NCBI RefSeq assembly: GCF_963921235.1
Contig: NC_086106.1
Coordinates: 107,694,001 to 107,758,000, forward strand
From: Mobula hypostoma
Taxonomy: Eukaryota
DNA length: 64,000 nucleotides
Direction of reading: 5' to 3'
This document shows positions 39,737 to 50,553 of the stretch, piece after piece. The position numbers were made by a program, and so were the translations under genes. A model generated the notes under the pieces. It was given only the letters and a program-made list of their open reading frames with translations. It had not been told where the DNA came from and searched no databases. Within the stretch, counting starts at the first letter, position 1. Each line of letters opens with the position of its first letter.

Positions 39737-41029
39737 TTCCTTCGTCCTGGAATGAAAAGCCTCATCCTGACAGCAGATGTGGTGGAGACGGAGGAATTGC
39801 GAGAAGGGGATGGAATTTTTGCAAGAGACAGGGCGAGAAGAAGAATAGTCCAGGGAGGGAGAGCGGTGGGAAAGGATGGACGACGGAGATGACCTCCTTT
39901 TTTAAGGAAAGGGGCTTCCCTTCCTCCACTATCAACCCTGCTCTCAAACACATCTCTCCGATTTCTCGCACATCTGCTCTCACCCCATCCTCCCGCCACC
40001 CCACTAGGAATAGGGTTCCCCTTGTCCTCACCTACCACCCCACCAGCCTCCGGGTCCAACATATAATTCTCCGTAACTTCCGCCACCTCAAATGGATCCC
40101 ACCACTAAGCACATCTTTCCTCCCCCACTCCCCGCTTTCCACAGGGATTGCTCCCTACGCGACTCCCTTGTCCATTCGTCCCCCCCATCCCTTCCCACCG
40201 ATCTCCCTCCCGGCACTTATCCTTGTAAGCGGAACAAGTGCTACACATGCCCTTACACTTCCTCCCTTACCACCATTCAGGGCCCCAGACAGTCCTTCCA
40301 GGTGAGGTGACACTTCACCTGTGAGTCGGCTGGGGTGATATACTGCGTCCGGTGCTCCCGATGTGGCCTTCTATATATTGGCGAGACCCGACACAGGCTG
40401 GGAGACCATTTCACTGAACACCTATGCTCTGTCTGCCAGAGAAAGCAGGATCTCCCAGTGGCCACACATTTTAATTCCACGTCCCATTCCCATTCTGATA
40501 TTGTCTATCCACAGCCTCCTCTACTGTAAAGATGAAGCCACACTCAGGTTGGAGGAACAACACCTTATATTCCGTTTGGGTAGCCTCCAACCTGATGGTA
40601 TGAACACTGACTTCTCTAACTTCCATTAATGCCCGACCTCCCCTTCACACCCCATCCTTCCTTCCTTTCTTTCTTTCTTCCTTTCTTTCTTTCTTTATTA
40701 ATTATATATTTTTCTCTCTCTCTTTTTCTCCCTCTGTCCCTCCTTGCACATCCTCTGGGTTCCCCCCCCCCATTTCTTTCTCCCTAGGCCTCCCGTCCCA
40801 TGATCCTCTCAGATCCCTTTTGCCAATCAACTTTCCAGCTCTTAGATTCATCCCTCCCCTTCCTGTCTTCTCCTATCATTTTGGATCTCCCCCTCTCCCT
40901 CCCACTTTCAAATCTCTTACTAACTCTTCTTTCAGTTAGTCCTGACAAAGGGTCTCGGCCCGAAACGTCGACTGTACCTCTTCCTATAGATGCTGCCTGG
41001 CCAGCTGCGTTCACCAGCAATTTTTATGT
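39737..41029 (+). mobile_element. Penelope-like element (RT C-terminal linker, GIY-YIG endonuclease, pLTR) with 5' inversion
   Basis: FFKERGFP, RVPLVLTYHP, CKRNKCYTC, VIYCVRCSRCGLLYIGET..RLGDHFTEHL and EEQHLIFRLGSLQPDGMN. 39737-39853 is inverted. Confidence 0.92.
40937..40974 (+). ncRNA. Minimal type-I hammerhead ribozyme motif (G8A, CpG-decay-type variant)
   Basis: TAGTC-CTGACAA-A-GGGT ctcg GCCC-GAAA-CG-TC-GACTG. Confidence 0.7.
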
Positions 41030-41273
41030 GACTCCACAACCTATGGGCTCACATTCAAAGATTCTACAGCTCAGTATATTTATTTTCCTTTTTTATTATT
41101 TGCAAGATTTGTCATCTTTTGCACATTGGTTGTTTGTCAGTCTTTATTATTTTTAGTTTTTCATAAATTCTATTGTAGTTTTTATTTTTTTGCAAATGCC
41201 TGCAAGAAAATGAATCTCAAGGTAGTATATGGTGACATATATATAATTTGATGATAAATTTACTTTGAAAAGG

Positions 41274-41885
41274 CAAGATGGCACCAGCAACCAATGATAT
41301 TTTTCAGACTAAGTATTCCACAGACCAGCAAAGATCAGCTGGCTTAGTGAACAGAGTGGTGGACTCCCCTGCTGAAATCCAGAGGAAAACACACAGAGGG
41401 GGATCACAAAGCCGAGGAAAGAGGACCAGGTCGAGACAACAGAGACTTTTGGAGAAGAGGAGTTCGGTGAGTAATACCATTCTGGCTGACCGGAAGTGCA
41501 CTGAGAGCGGTAAGCGTAAAGGAGTTGAGTGCTTACTGATCTGGTTAACAACGGATGGTGCAACCCGGGGTGTACTACGATCGAGGAACGTGTTTGCAGA
41601 CTGGATATTGAACTTTTCACTGTTGGACTTTGGCCACATTGCACCGTGATACAACACTTGGCGGCACGGGAGGTCGTTCCTGCCTGTGGCCATCGAATGT
41701 GCAGCTCCTCCCGTCGAGGGTCAGACACCCTGAGCCAATAGACTGGTCCTGGACTTATTTTCCATCTGGCATAGTTTGCATTTTGCTGTTTGATTGTTGG
41801 GGTTTTTTTTATTGCTATATTTACGCTCTACTCTTGGTTGGTGCGGCTGTAACAAAACCAAATTTCCCTCGAGATTAATAAAGTA

Positions 41886-41918
<33 letters not shown>
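41274..41918 (+). mobile_element. Internally deleted Rex1/Babar element retaining 5' and 3' ends
   Basis: 5' aagatggc, RGKR.. and APE piece VNNGWCNPG..ERVC..DIELF, joined to 3' RSFLPVAI, AATAAAG and a (TATC)n tail. Confidence 0.7.
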
Positions 41919-41919
<1 letters not shown>

Positions 41920-42234
41920 GTAGATACATATCTTCTTCTGGACTGAGATCAATGCAGTCTTCAACCTGTAATTTCCCTTTTAATCATGTTTGTTTGAACT
42001 GAATAAATGATCTAGTGCTTTTGCAGTCTCCTGGGGATTTCGGGGAACTGGACGCCCAAGAATACAGGTACTTCTGGGGCGGCGATCGCTGGGTGGACGG
42101 TGCGTTGAGGCATAATGGTGGAAGACAAACTTGTGGTCGACACCATTACTCAGCGCCAATTAAAGCAACGAGCAGGATTAAAATTGTTGAGGACAAGAAG
42201 AGAAAAGGAGCAGGCATTCAGCGCTATCTGCCTG

Positions 42235-42840
42235 CGTCTGGCCAGTCTCCATCCCTTCTCGCTGCTGCCGACAGGCAGGCGGTGCAGGAGTTTTGGGTCC
42301 CACGTCTCAAGGTTCGTGAGCAGCTGTTGCCCTGCAGCCTTCGGGCTCCCGGACGGGTTTCACTCACCTCAGCGCTGAATGGCCTCGGCAGCTGCGGACT
42401 CACTTTGGGGGGCTCTGCGGTTCATGTTCCACGTGCTTTTGTTTGCTTTGTTTTTGACCATTTGCACGATTTGGTCAAGGTGAGGGATGAACCAGTGTTC
42501 AGCTCACCACTCCGTGAGGTTTACTCACTTCAGTACTGAACTGATTCTGCAGCTGTGGCCTGAAACAATCTGCACTCACCTCAGCACTGAACGGGCCCCA
42601 TGCTGTAGGCTCACTTTAGGGGACTCGGCAGTTCATGTTCTGTGTGTTATTCCTTTCCCTTTTTACTGTTTGCACTAGTTTTTTTTTGCACACTAGGTGT
42701 TTGAGTCTTAGTTGTGTGGGTTTTCTAATGGGTTCTTTTGTGTTTGTTTGCCTTGTGGCTGCTTTCAAGAAGGCGAATCTCAAGGTTGTATGCAGTATAC
42801 ACACAGTACATTTATTATCAATGTACTTTGAACTTTTGAG
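42235..42840 (+). mobile_element. Rex1/Babar 3' end with partial tandem duplication, GC-shifted
   Basis: FSLLPTGRRCRSF..SRF motif. The ctcacctcag..ctgaa block occurs about three times. 3' tail aatctcaaggttgtat..tactttgaa. Confidence 0.7.
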
Positions 42841-43138
42841 TCACTTGAAAGAGGACTTGCAGGTGGAGTCAGCCTGATGTACCTCCTGTTCTCCTCCAGG
42901 ACGATGGAGGTTGCAAATATGAAAGGTGAGGTTGAAGAAACCTCAACAAGCTGATGGGAAGCATTTTGATATTATGTATAGCATCCATGGTGTACCAAGC
43001 ATGAAGAGGGTAAATGATTAAAGTATTGATTATCAAGTAGACTGTACTGGCAAGGTTCGTGGCAAGCTTTTTGAGTGTTGTTGGAATTAAAGTTATTTTG
43101 TCAAATGGAGGGTATTTCAACACACTTAACACCTAGAT

Positions 43139-43463
43139 TGTCAGGCCTACACAGGCAGGCACCTCCCTGGCTCCTCCCTACTAAGATAAGTTACCTGCCA
43201 CTAATCTCCAACATTGCCTGCAGCCTGTTTAAACCTAACTCCCATCCACAGTCCTCTGTTCACCCATTGAACCAGTCAGCCTCAGCTGGTTGTTCCTAGC
43301 CTTCAATCACCTTGTTGCTTTATCATGTGAAGTATCTGTTCACTCTTGTTTTATGGCCCCTCGCGGCTTGTTATTTTGCACTTTATTAATAAAGCATTGT
43401 TTACTGCTAAATTGGTCTCCAAGGCTCTGCTTTTGGGCCAAGCCTCTTCTGCATTTTCTGACA
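43139..43463 (+). mobile_element. Solo Gypsy-type LTR
   Basis: TGTCAG...CTGACA termini, with AATAAA at ~43388. Confidence 0.65.
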
Positions 43464-45723
43464 TAATGATGGAAAGACTTACATAAATTAGGTAGTTAGG
43501 ATATTCAGCCACCAATCTGCTTTTTCAGCCAAAGAACTTAAAGGTTTCTCAGAATTTTAGCAACAAGGAACATTGCTTTTTTCTTTAAAAAAAGGCTGAT
43601 ATTTGAATATCTGTACCTTCCACATATCGGCCCATGCCTGAACATTGTGCAACTTATACGTTCATGAACAGCTGCTTTATTTATGTGAGGGATTGCATAT
43701 GATTTTGAAAGTTGCTCAATCATCTGTGTTCTTCTGCTGACCTTTATGAGGAAGGAAAATAGTAAAGTAACTGACGCAGGACACAGCTTAAAAAGCATTT
43801 GCACCTTGTCTTGAGAAAGTTGGCTTCCAGGAGCCAGTCTGATGCGTGACTTGGACAGAAACTTGCAAGCGGCGTTTCCACCACAGGCTCACAATTCTTT
43901 GTAAGGAACTCCCCTTCTTTTCTGGGTTGTTTTCCAAAATATACATAAGGGAATAATGGATAAAACTTTTTTGAAGATGTTGGTCTGCTTCAGAACAGTT
44001 TCTAATGCAGCAAATTTTGCCCCTAACAAAAGATACATTGAAGACTATCTCCTGAATTTGAACTTTTTAGTGTTTTAATTTTAAATATTTTTAACTTTTG
44101 AGTTTTCAGGTCTGTATTTTTCTGAGCTCTAGGAGAAACATTTCTCTTCCCAATTTCTAAGTAAGTCAGTCGCAAATCCTAGTACCAAATCTATTCTGGT
44201 TACATATGAACTCACAGCATGCTGCTCTTGCAACTATTATTTAGTTTTTTATTATACACAAATACAAATTTCACAAATTTCATCAAGTTGTTAAGATTTA
44301 TTAATTCTTTGAGTTGTAAAAAAATAATGATGTTCCCTAAATGTCCTTCTCCGTCCCTGTTCTAGCCTCTAGAAGCACAGTTCATTTTGCATGAACATCA
44401 CTTCCTGTCCATAAGCTGTTTTTATACCATTTCCTACATGGGTATTTTTTTAAATTCTGATTTGAAGCACATGGTGGGAAGACATTCATCTTCATCTATT
44501 TGCCCTGGAATCAGCAATATCTTTTCACAAAAAGAAAAATCATTAAGAGCCCTGAAAGAATGCTTGCATCTCAGATGATTTTTGAGAGGTTGTTTAGCTC
44601 GCTGCATAGCTGTGTCCACACGCACAGTGAGGGTAGCAGCGTCTCTCTGATCTTCACTACAATGTTTCTTAAAACCTATTCCTTTCACTAAGTCTTCGGT
44701 CATCACTTCTAATATCCCTATCTGTGTTTATCAGCATCGTTTTCCTTCACTTTTCATTATTAATAGTTATTTTAAGTGAGTTGGGATGTTTTGTTATGTT
44801 AGAGGCTCTGTAAAGAAAAGTTGTACTGGTTGCTGGGCCAAATCTACGACATACCGCATTTGAATTTCGGAGGTGGCCTAACTAGTTACCTGTTATAAAT
44901 TCAGTGGAGCAGCTGTGACAAAATATGCCCTGATGTTAATTGGGAGCCTGGTGAGAGTGGGGATGGAAATAGAGCCTTTCGATACAGGTTCTCCTCAGCA
45001 TACGAATACCCAATTTCTGTACAGCCTTCACACTTGAGGAATTAGCAGACTGGTGGTATAGATTTGCTGCCTGCTGCAGGAGGTGTATTTCTCATTTTAA
45101 ATAACTTGATGAGGCTGTACAACTCTGATTCTTTCCTCATTCCAGATTCCACTGTCCCAAAGCAAAATGTTTCAGCTGCTAAAAATCTGAAAGGAAAGCA
45201 GAAAGTGTTTAACTGTTCTCGCATCATCTGCAGAAAGAGGGAAAAAAAATATTGCTTGAGATCAAGGAGCTAATGAACGGTCATCAACCTGAAATGTTAG
45301 CTTTGTTTCTTTCTCTACGGACGCTGCCTTACTTAATGTGTATCGTTGGCATTCTCCATTTTATTTTCCGTCTTTCATGACGTCTGTCCAGCTTCCTTTT
45401 GAAATGCGGCAACTAAAGGGCATGCCTGCTCCCGTGTGGAATGCTTGCTGCTTGTGTACCTCTCTTTTCCTCCATGGAAATGTAGTACGTTCTCCAGTGA
45501 TCTGATCCCTCCTGATACTGCTTAATCGGTGCCATATCTGGTTGGTTCTCCATCTTCACTCTCCACATCAACATATCCAATATTGCCCCCTTTCTCTCTC
45601 TCTCTCTCTCTGAACAACTTATCAAATTTTCCCAAACTTTAGAAGCTCCTTGTAAAACCCTGAACTTACAGTTGGCGCACTACAAAGGGTTGTGCTAACC
45701 TCTTTGCAACCGTGGTGCCTTGT

Positions 45724-45925
45724 TGGCCGGTGGTGTAGTGGTATCCACGCTGAACTTCGAGTGAGTGGTTCAATTCCAGCCAGATCCTTGCATGCTTTCC
45801 ATCCATGCTGAGTTGAGGATTGTGTTAGCAACTCGGCCTCGTAAAAAAAACAGACAAAAATGCTAAAGTAACAGCAAGGTTGTTGCTCCATAAACCACAA
45901 GGCACAGAAAGGAACAACAACAACC
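45724..45925 (+). mobile_element. tRNA-derived SINE with (AAC)n tail
   Basis: A box tggtgtagtgg, B box ggttcaattcc and tail gaacaacaacaac. Confidence 0.65.
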
Positions 45926-46789
45926 ATGACATCTGCTCAGATGTTAGTCCTTAATCTTATAGCTTACATCATGCCAACTGTTGAGCTAGGTACTTCTGAA
46001 ACATAGCAAAGTGCTGAAGGAACTTAGCAGGTCGGGCAGCATCTGTGGAGGGAAAGGTATTGCTGTTTTCAGGTCGAGACCCATCATCTGGTCCGAAGGG
46101 AGGATCTGGACCCAAAACACTAACTCTCCCTAGATCCTGCCCGATCTGATGAGTTGTTTGTTGTTCAAGGTTCCAGCATCGGCAGTCTCTTGTGTTTCTA
46201 CTTCATAAATGTGTTGAGGGGCTTCTGATCCCATCACCCCAGGCAAAAATTCATTTCCCGTCATACTTTGCTTAAGTAAACAAAATCTGCGAATTCAGTT
46301 TGAAACTCCTACTAATTTATTTAATCTTTAGTGGGCTTATCTTTTTGCTACGTGATTTAACATCTTACCGATTTTTACCTCAGCAACATAGAGACATACG
46401 GTACGGAAACAGGCCCACTGGGAGCCTGGTGATCATTGAGCACCCATACACAGTAATCTTACACTAATTCTATTACATTGTCTACTGACTTCCATCAGCT
46501 TCTCCCTAGATTCTACCACTTACCTCCATGCTAGAGACATGTTACAGTGGCTAATTATTGCATTAGCTATGTGGGAAGCAACCTGATCTCCAAGGGGAAA
46601 TCCATGTGGTCACAAAGAGAACAGACATGCTCCACACTGCAGCAACCAGAAGTCAGGATAGGTTCTGGGTTGCTGGATCTCTAAAGTAGCCGCAGTTCAT
46701 CTCCTCTCCCCCTCAAACCTATCACCTGCCATCTTGTGGACCTTCCCCTCCGCCCACCTTCTTATTGGGGCTTCTTCCTCATTCCTTTC

Positions 46790-46827
46790 CAGCCCTGATG
46801 AAGGGCATCAGCCCAAAATGTCAACTG
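46790..46827 (+). ncRNA. Hammerhead motif copy in a PLE pLTR fragment (~46697-46892), GAAA>AAAA
   Basis: CAGCC-CTGATGA-A-GGGC atca GCCC-AAAA-TG-TC-AACTG. The CTGATGA core is intact and stem II is fully Watson-Crick. Confidence 0.55.
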
Positions 46828-47670
46828 TTTATTCCCTTCCGTGGATGCTGCCTGACCTGCTGTGTTCCTCCAGCATTTTGTGTGTGTTGCTCTGCCCAGG
46901 CACCTCTCTGGTGCCCTAATATCTAAGCTGCCTGCTTAGAAAATCATATCACTGTGCAAGTGTTTAGATTATGGTTTCTCAGCTTGCTCTGGCTCTTGTT
47001 TGCAGTGAGTTTTAGTAGCAATTTCTCATTTAAAAAATGAAGCTTTGATTGCGAGATCTGTGTGCCTTTGACTTGTTATAAAAACTGTAATTGTCTAATC
47101 ACCTTCATTTTTTAAATATTTTCAAAGTGCTACACATTTAGACAGTAACTCTCAATTTAAGACAGAAGTTTGAATGACTAACACTGAAGAGACAGATTTT
47201 TAATTAAAATTTTCAATCAATTTGTTCTTTCTCATCTTCTCAAATGATTACATGACATTTGTAAACTGTGCAACTCAAAAATCTTCTGTTGTTATTCTTG
47301 GAAATTTAATTATGTAACTTGAACATTTTTAAAATATAAAATGTCTTAAGTCATGAATAGCAAAGAAGCCAGGATCTTTGACGTTGACTCAAGGTGATTT
47401 TATTGGCCTTAGCATTAAAATTCTGATCTATGTAGTGAATTCCAAAGTTGCTAATGCCAGTCACTAATCAAATAATTTACCATTAGTCCCAGAGTGAGTC
47501 AGGAAGAAATATGTGGAAATGAGAAATGGTTTTCAGGAAAAAAATAGATGTGAGTAATCACTGAGTTTAACTTTTTTTTCCCATCAAATATTAAGTCAAA
47601 ATGCAGGTTTTTGGAGCAAAAGTCTTTTTCAGGGTCAAAGTAATCAAAGTAAAATGTATTATGCAAAGTG

Positions 47671-48197
47671 CACACAGTAGCCACTTTATTAGGTACACGG
47701 ACACCTGGTTGTTAATGCAAATATCTAATCAGCCAATCCTGTGGCTGCAACTCAATGCAAGAAAACATGCAGATGTGGTGAAGCAGTTCAGTTGTTCAGA
47801 CCAAATATCAGACTGTGGAAGAAATATCATCTAACTGACTTTGACTATAGAATGAATTCTGGTGCCAGACAGGGAGCTTTGAGTACCTTTGAAACTGCCA
47901 ATCTCCTGGGATTTCTCCAGAGATCAGAATCTCTAGAGTTTACAGAGAATGCTTCAGGGAAAAAAAACACCCAGTGAGTGGCAATTCAATGGGCAAAAAG
48001 ACTTTGTCAATGAGAGAAGACGGGGAGAATGGCCAGAATGCTTGAAGCTGACAGGAAGGGGACAGTAACTCAAGTAACCACATGAAAATACAACATGTCG
48101 AACCTTGAAATGGATGGTCTACAGCAGCAGAAGACGACAAAAAGACACTCTGGCCAATTTATTAGGTACAGTAGGTATCTAATAAAGAGACTGACTA
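47671..48197 (+). mobile_element. Non-autonomous Tc1-like element
   Basis: TIR cac.cagt.gccactttattaggtaca and a transposase N-terminal relic (LTDFD..GARQG..ETANLLGF). Second copy at 62711-63279. Confidence 0.75.
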
Positions 48198-48899
48198 TAT
48201 GCTCCGTATATTTACCTTGAGATTCATTTTCTTCCCGGAAAATAAAGAAATACAATAGCATTAACAAAAAAAACTATAGATAGGCAGAGACTGACAAATT
48301 GACAAACAATATTTGCAGCTAATGATTTATTTAAGTCTCATCTTACAATGTAGAAAGAAAATTCTTCCCATCAAAACTCTGTGAGCTGTCAGAGCAATCA
48401 AACAAAAACCTTTTGCAACTTACTCTTCCTGACATACCCATGAACTGTCCCTGTTCTCCAGCTGCCACCTATATTGAGGGCAATACAGCAAACTAGCCCA
48501 CTGACCAGCATATGCTAGAGATGTGAGATGAAATTGGAGCACCCAGGAGAAACCCACAGAATCACAGGAAGAACATGGACAGCTCCAGAGTCAAGATCGA
48601 ACCCGAGGTACAGGACCAATGATGCAGCAGAACTACCTGCTGTGGTGCTGGCTGAGTACAGGAACAGGAGCTCATGTTGTGAGAGTAATTGAAATGTGAG
48701 GGAAGAACACAAGTACCAGCATGGGTTGTTTACCTGAAAGCTTGTTTCTTTGCTTATTTCCTTGTAATTCTTCGAGCACACTTAGGCTTGCTGGGACATG
48801 GAGAGCCAAGAGATAGAAAGTCTTAATGAGCTTTTGCTCATTCTTCATACTGTTTTGTTGAGGAATCACCATGAGGATTTCATCGAGGTCACTTCATTT

Positions 48900-49261
48900 A
48901 GATAATATAACTCATCACAGATAGGAGTCCTTTTGCCCACAATGCTGTGCCAACCCTTTAGTCGACTGTAAGATTAATCCAAGCCGTCCCTTCTCCATAG
49001 CCCTCCATTTTCCTTTCACTCATGTTCACTAAGAGCCTCTTAAATATCCCAAATGTATCTGCTTCTACTACCTCTCCTGGCAGCACATTCCACACATCTA
49101 CCGCTCTCTGTGTAAAGCAAAACTACCTCTGACAGTCCCCCCCTGTACTTTCCTCCTCCCATCACCTTAGGGTTATGCCCCCTCATAATAGCCACTTCCA
49201 CCTTGGGAACAAGTCTCTGGCTGACTACTCAATCTATGTCTTCTACCATCTTGCATAGCTC
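48900..49261 (-). mobile_element. CR1 3' half (target of the Gypsy insertion)
   Basis: CR1 ORF2 end and 3' UTR on the minus strand, cut exactly at the LTR start. Confidence 0.85.
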
Positions 49262-49839
49262 TGTAACACACTGGGAAGGGTTTCACTGCTAATGTGATGG
49301 TTTTCTGTGGCAGTAGTGTTTGGGTTATGGTTCGAGATAACGGGGCTTTGGAATGTGCACCGTCCAATGAGGGGAGTGCTTTTTCTTGTTGTGTGCCCGA
49401 GAACGAGGTGACCTGGGTCTTTTGTCCAGCGAGAGATGAAGAGAGAACATGCAAGAGAGGGGAGGTGATAGACTGCAGGATGGAGAGGGCTTGGAGTGGG
49501 GCCGGGAGTCAATGAAGCCCAGGGGAAATTGATGGAGGAGCAGACGAAGGGGAAACCATGAGCTCCAACTTGTGCACATTAGACTGTTTCATTGAAATGG
49601 ACCCTTTTCTTTCTGTTTTTATTTACTAACCCTTTAGTCAAATTAAGAATTATAAAGCTAAATCATTTAATTGCATATAGTGTACTATCTGTTATTTCGT
49701 GGTACTGATTTGTAATGGAGGAACAGATCACACAGCATCCACACAAACAAGAGGTTTTATACCTCAGATTTCACATGTTCGGTGGGGCTGGAGACTGTCT
49801 TCCCTGGACTAACACCGCCAGCCGAACCTGAGGGTTACA
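49262..49839 (+). mobile_element. Gypsy 5' LTR
   Basis: TGTAAC...GTTACA termini, followed by a PBS. Confidence 0.92.
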
Positions 49840-49843
49840 ATTG

Positions 49844-49863
49844 TGGGGGTATCGTTCCGGGAT
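49844..49863 (+). promoter_or_regulatory. Primer-binding site, tRNA-Pro-like
   Basis: TGGGGGTATCGTTCCGGGAT versus the canonical tRNA-Pro PBS TGGGGGCTCGTCCGGGAT. Confidence 0.75.
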
Positions 49864-49936
49864 TGATTTATGTTGGATGCTGTGTGATTGCCCTGAGCTT
49901 TGAACCAGTGGGTTGTGTGTTTAAGTCTGTACTGAT

Positions 49937-50553
49937 ATGGATGCTGTCAGAGTTGAGCAGTGGTATGCATCCACAGGGTTACCAGTAACAAATACGTGTG
50001 TGTTGAGTGGGCTAGATATTTGTCCTCCAGATGGATTGTTAATTTGACTTTTAAGTACTGTTAAAGCTGTCGGCAAAGTTACAATTGTGGGGCAGAGGTT
50101 TGATAAAATGGCGGACACAGACTTTGTTTTAGTTCAGACTAGTGCTGACGTAACGGCAGTAGAACTGCCTGGTACGATTGGGTCCCCAGGTGAGGGAGGG
50201 GCATGGGCTGTCCGTACTTTCCGGGAGGAGGAGAGTGTAGCGAAGCGGGCCAAATCACAAGTCGAGTCTCCCATAGGTGGGGGCGGAGACTTCAAAGACA
50301 GGGTTCTCTCATTTCTGAGGAGTGAGGGGGAAGGACTGGTCGGATTTGGAAAGTCTAGTTAGTCCCTGTTCCCCCGAGATGAGTGAGGGTTCTGAGTTAA
50401 TGTCAGCTCGTACCTCTCTGGCGAATAAATGGCCCAGTGCAGAGGCAGAGGGTCCTAGTTATAGGAAGATAAGAGTGTTCTCTGGAATGAGGCCCATCCC
50501 CCAGGTGGAAGAGGAGTATGAGACTTGGACAGAGCAGACCTCTCAGTTGTTAG
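49937..50553 (+). pseudogene. Gypsy gag of PNMA (paraneoplastic Ma antigen)-like type, truncated
   Basis: MDAVRVEQW...PGEGGAWAV and SYRKIRVFSG..EEEYETWTEQ match PNMA-family motifs (PGKGGVWKV, YRKLRVFSG..EE.FE.WLEQ). Contains a stop and a frameshift. Confidence 0.8.

Noticed and set aside
42015-42539. 174-aa GC-rich ORF
   Set aside because: Its second half is a Rex1 3' end. The open frame is explained by local GC enrichment removing stop codons.
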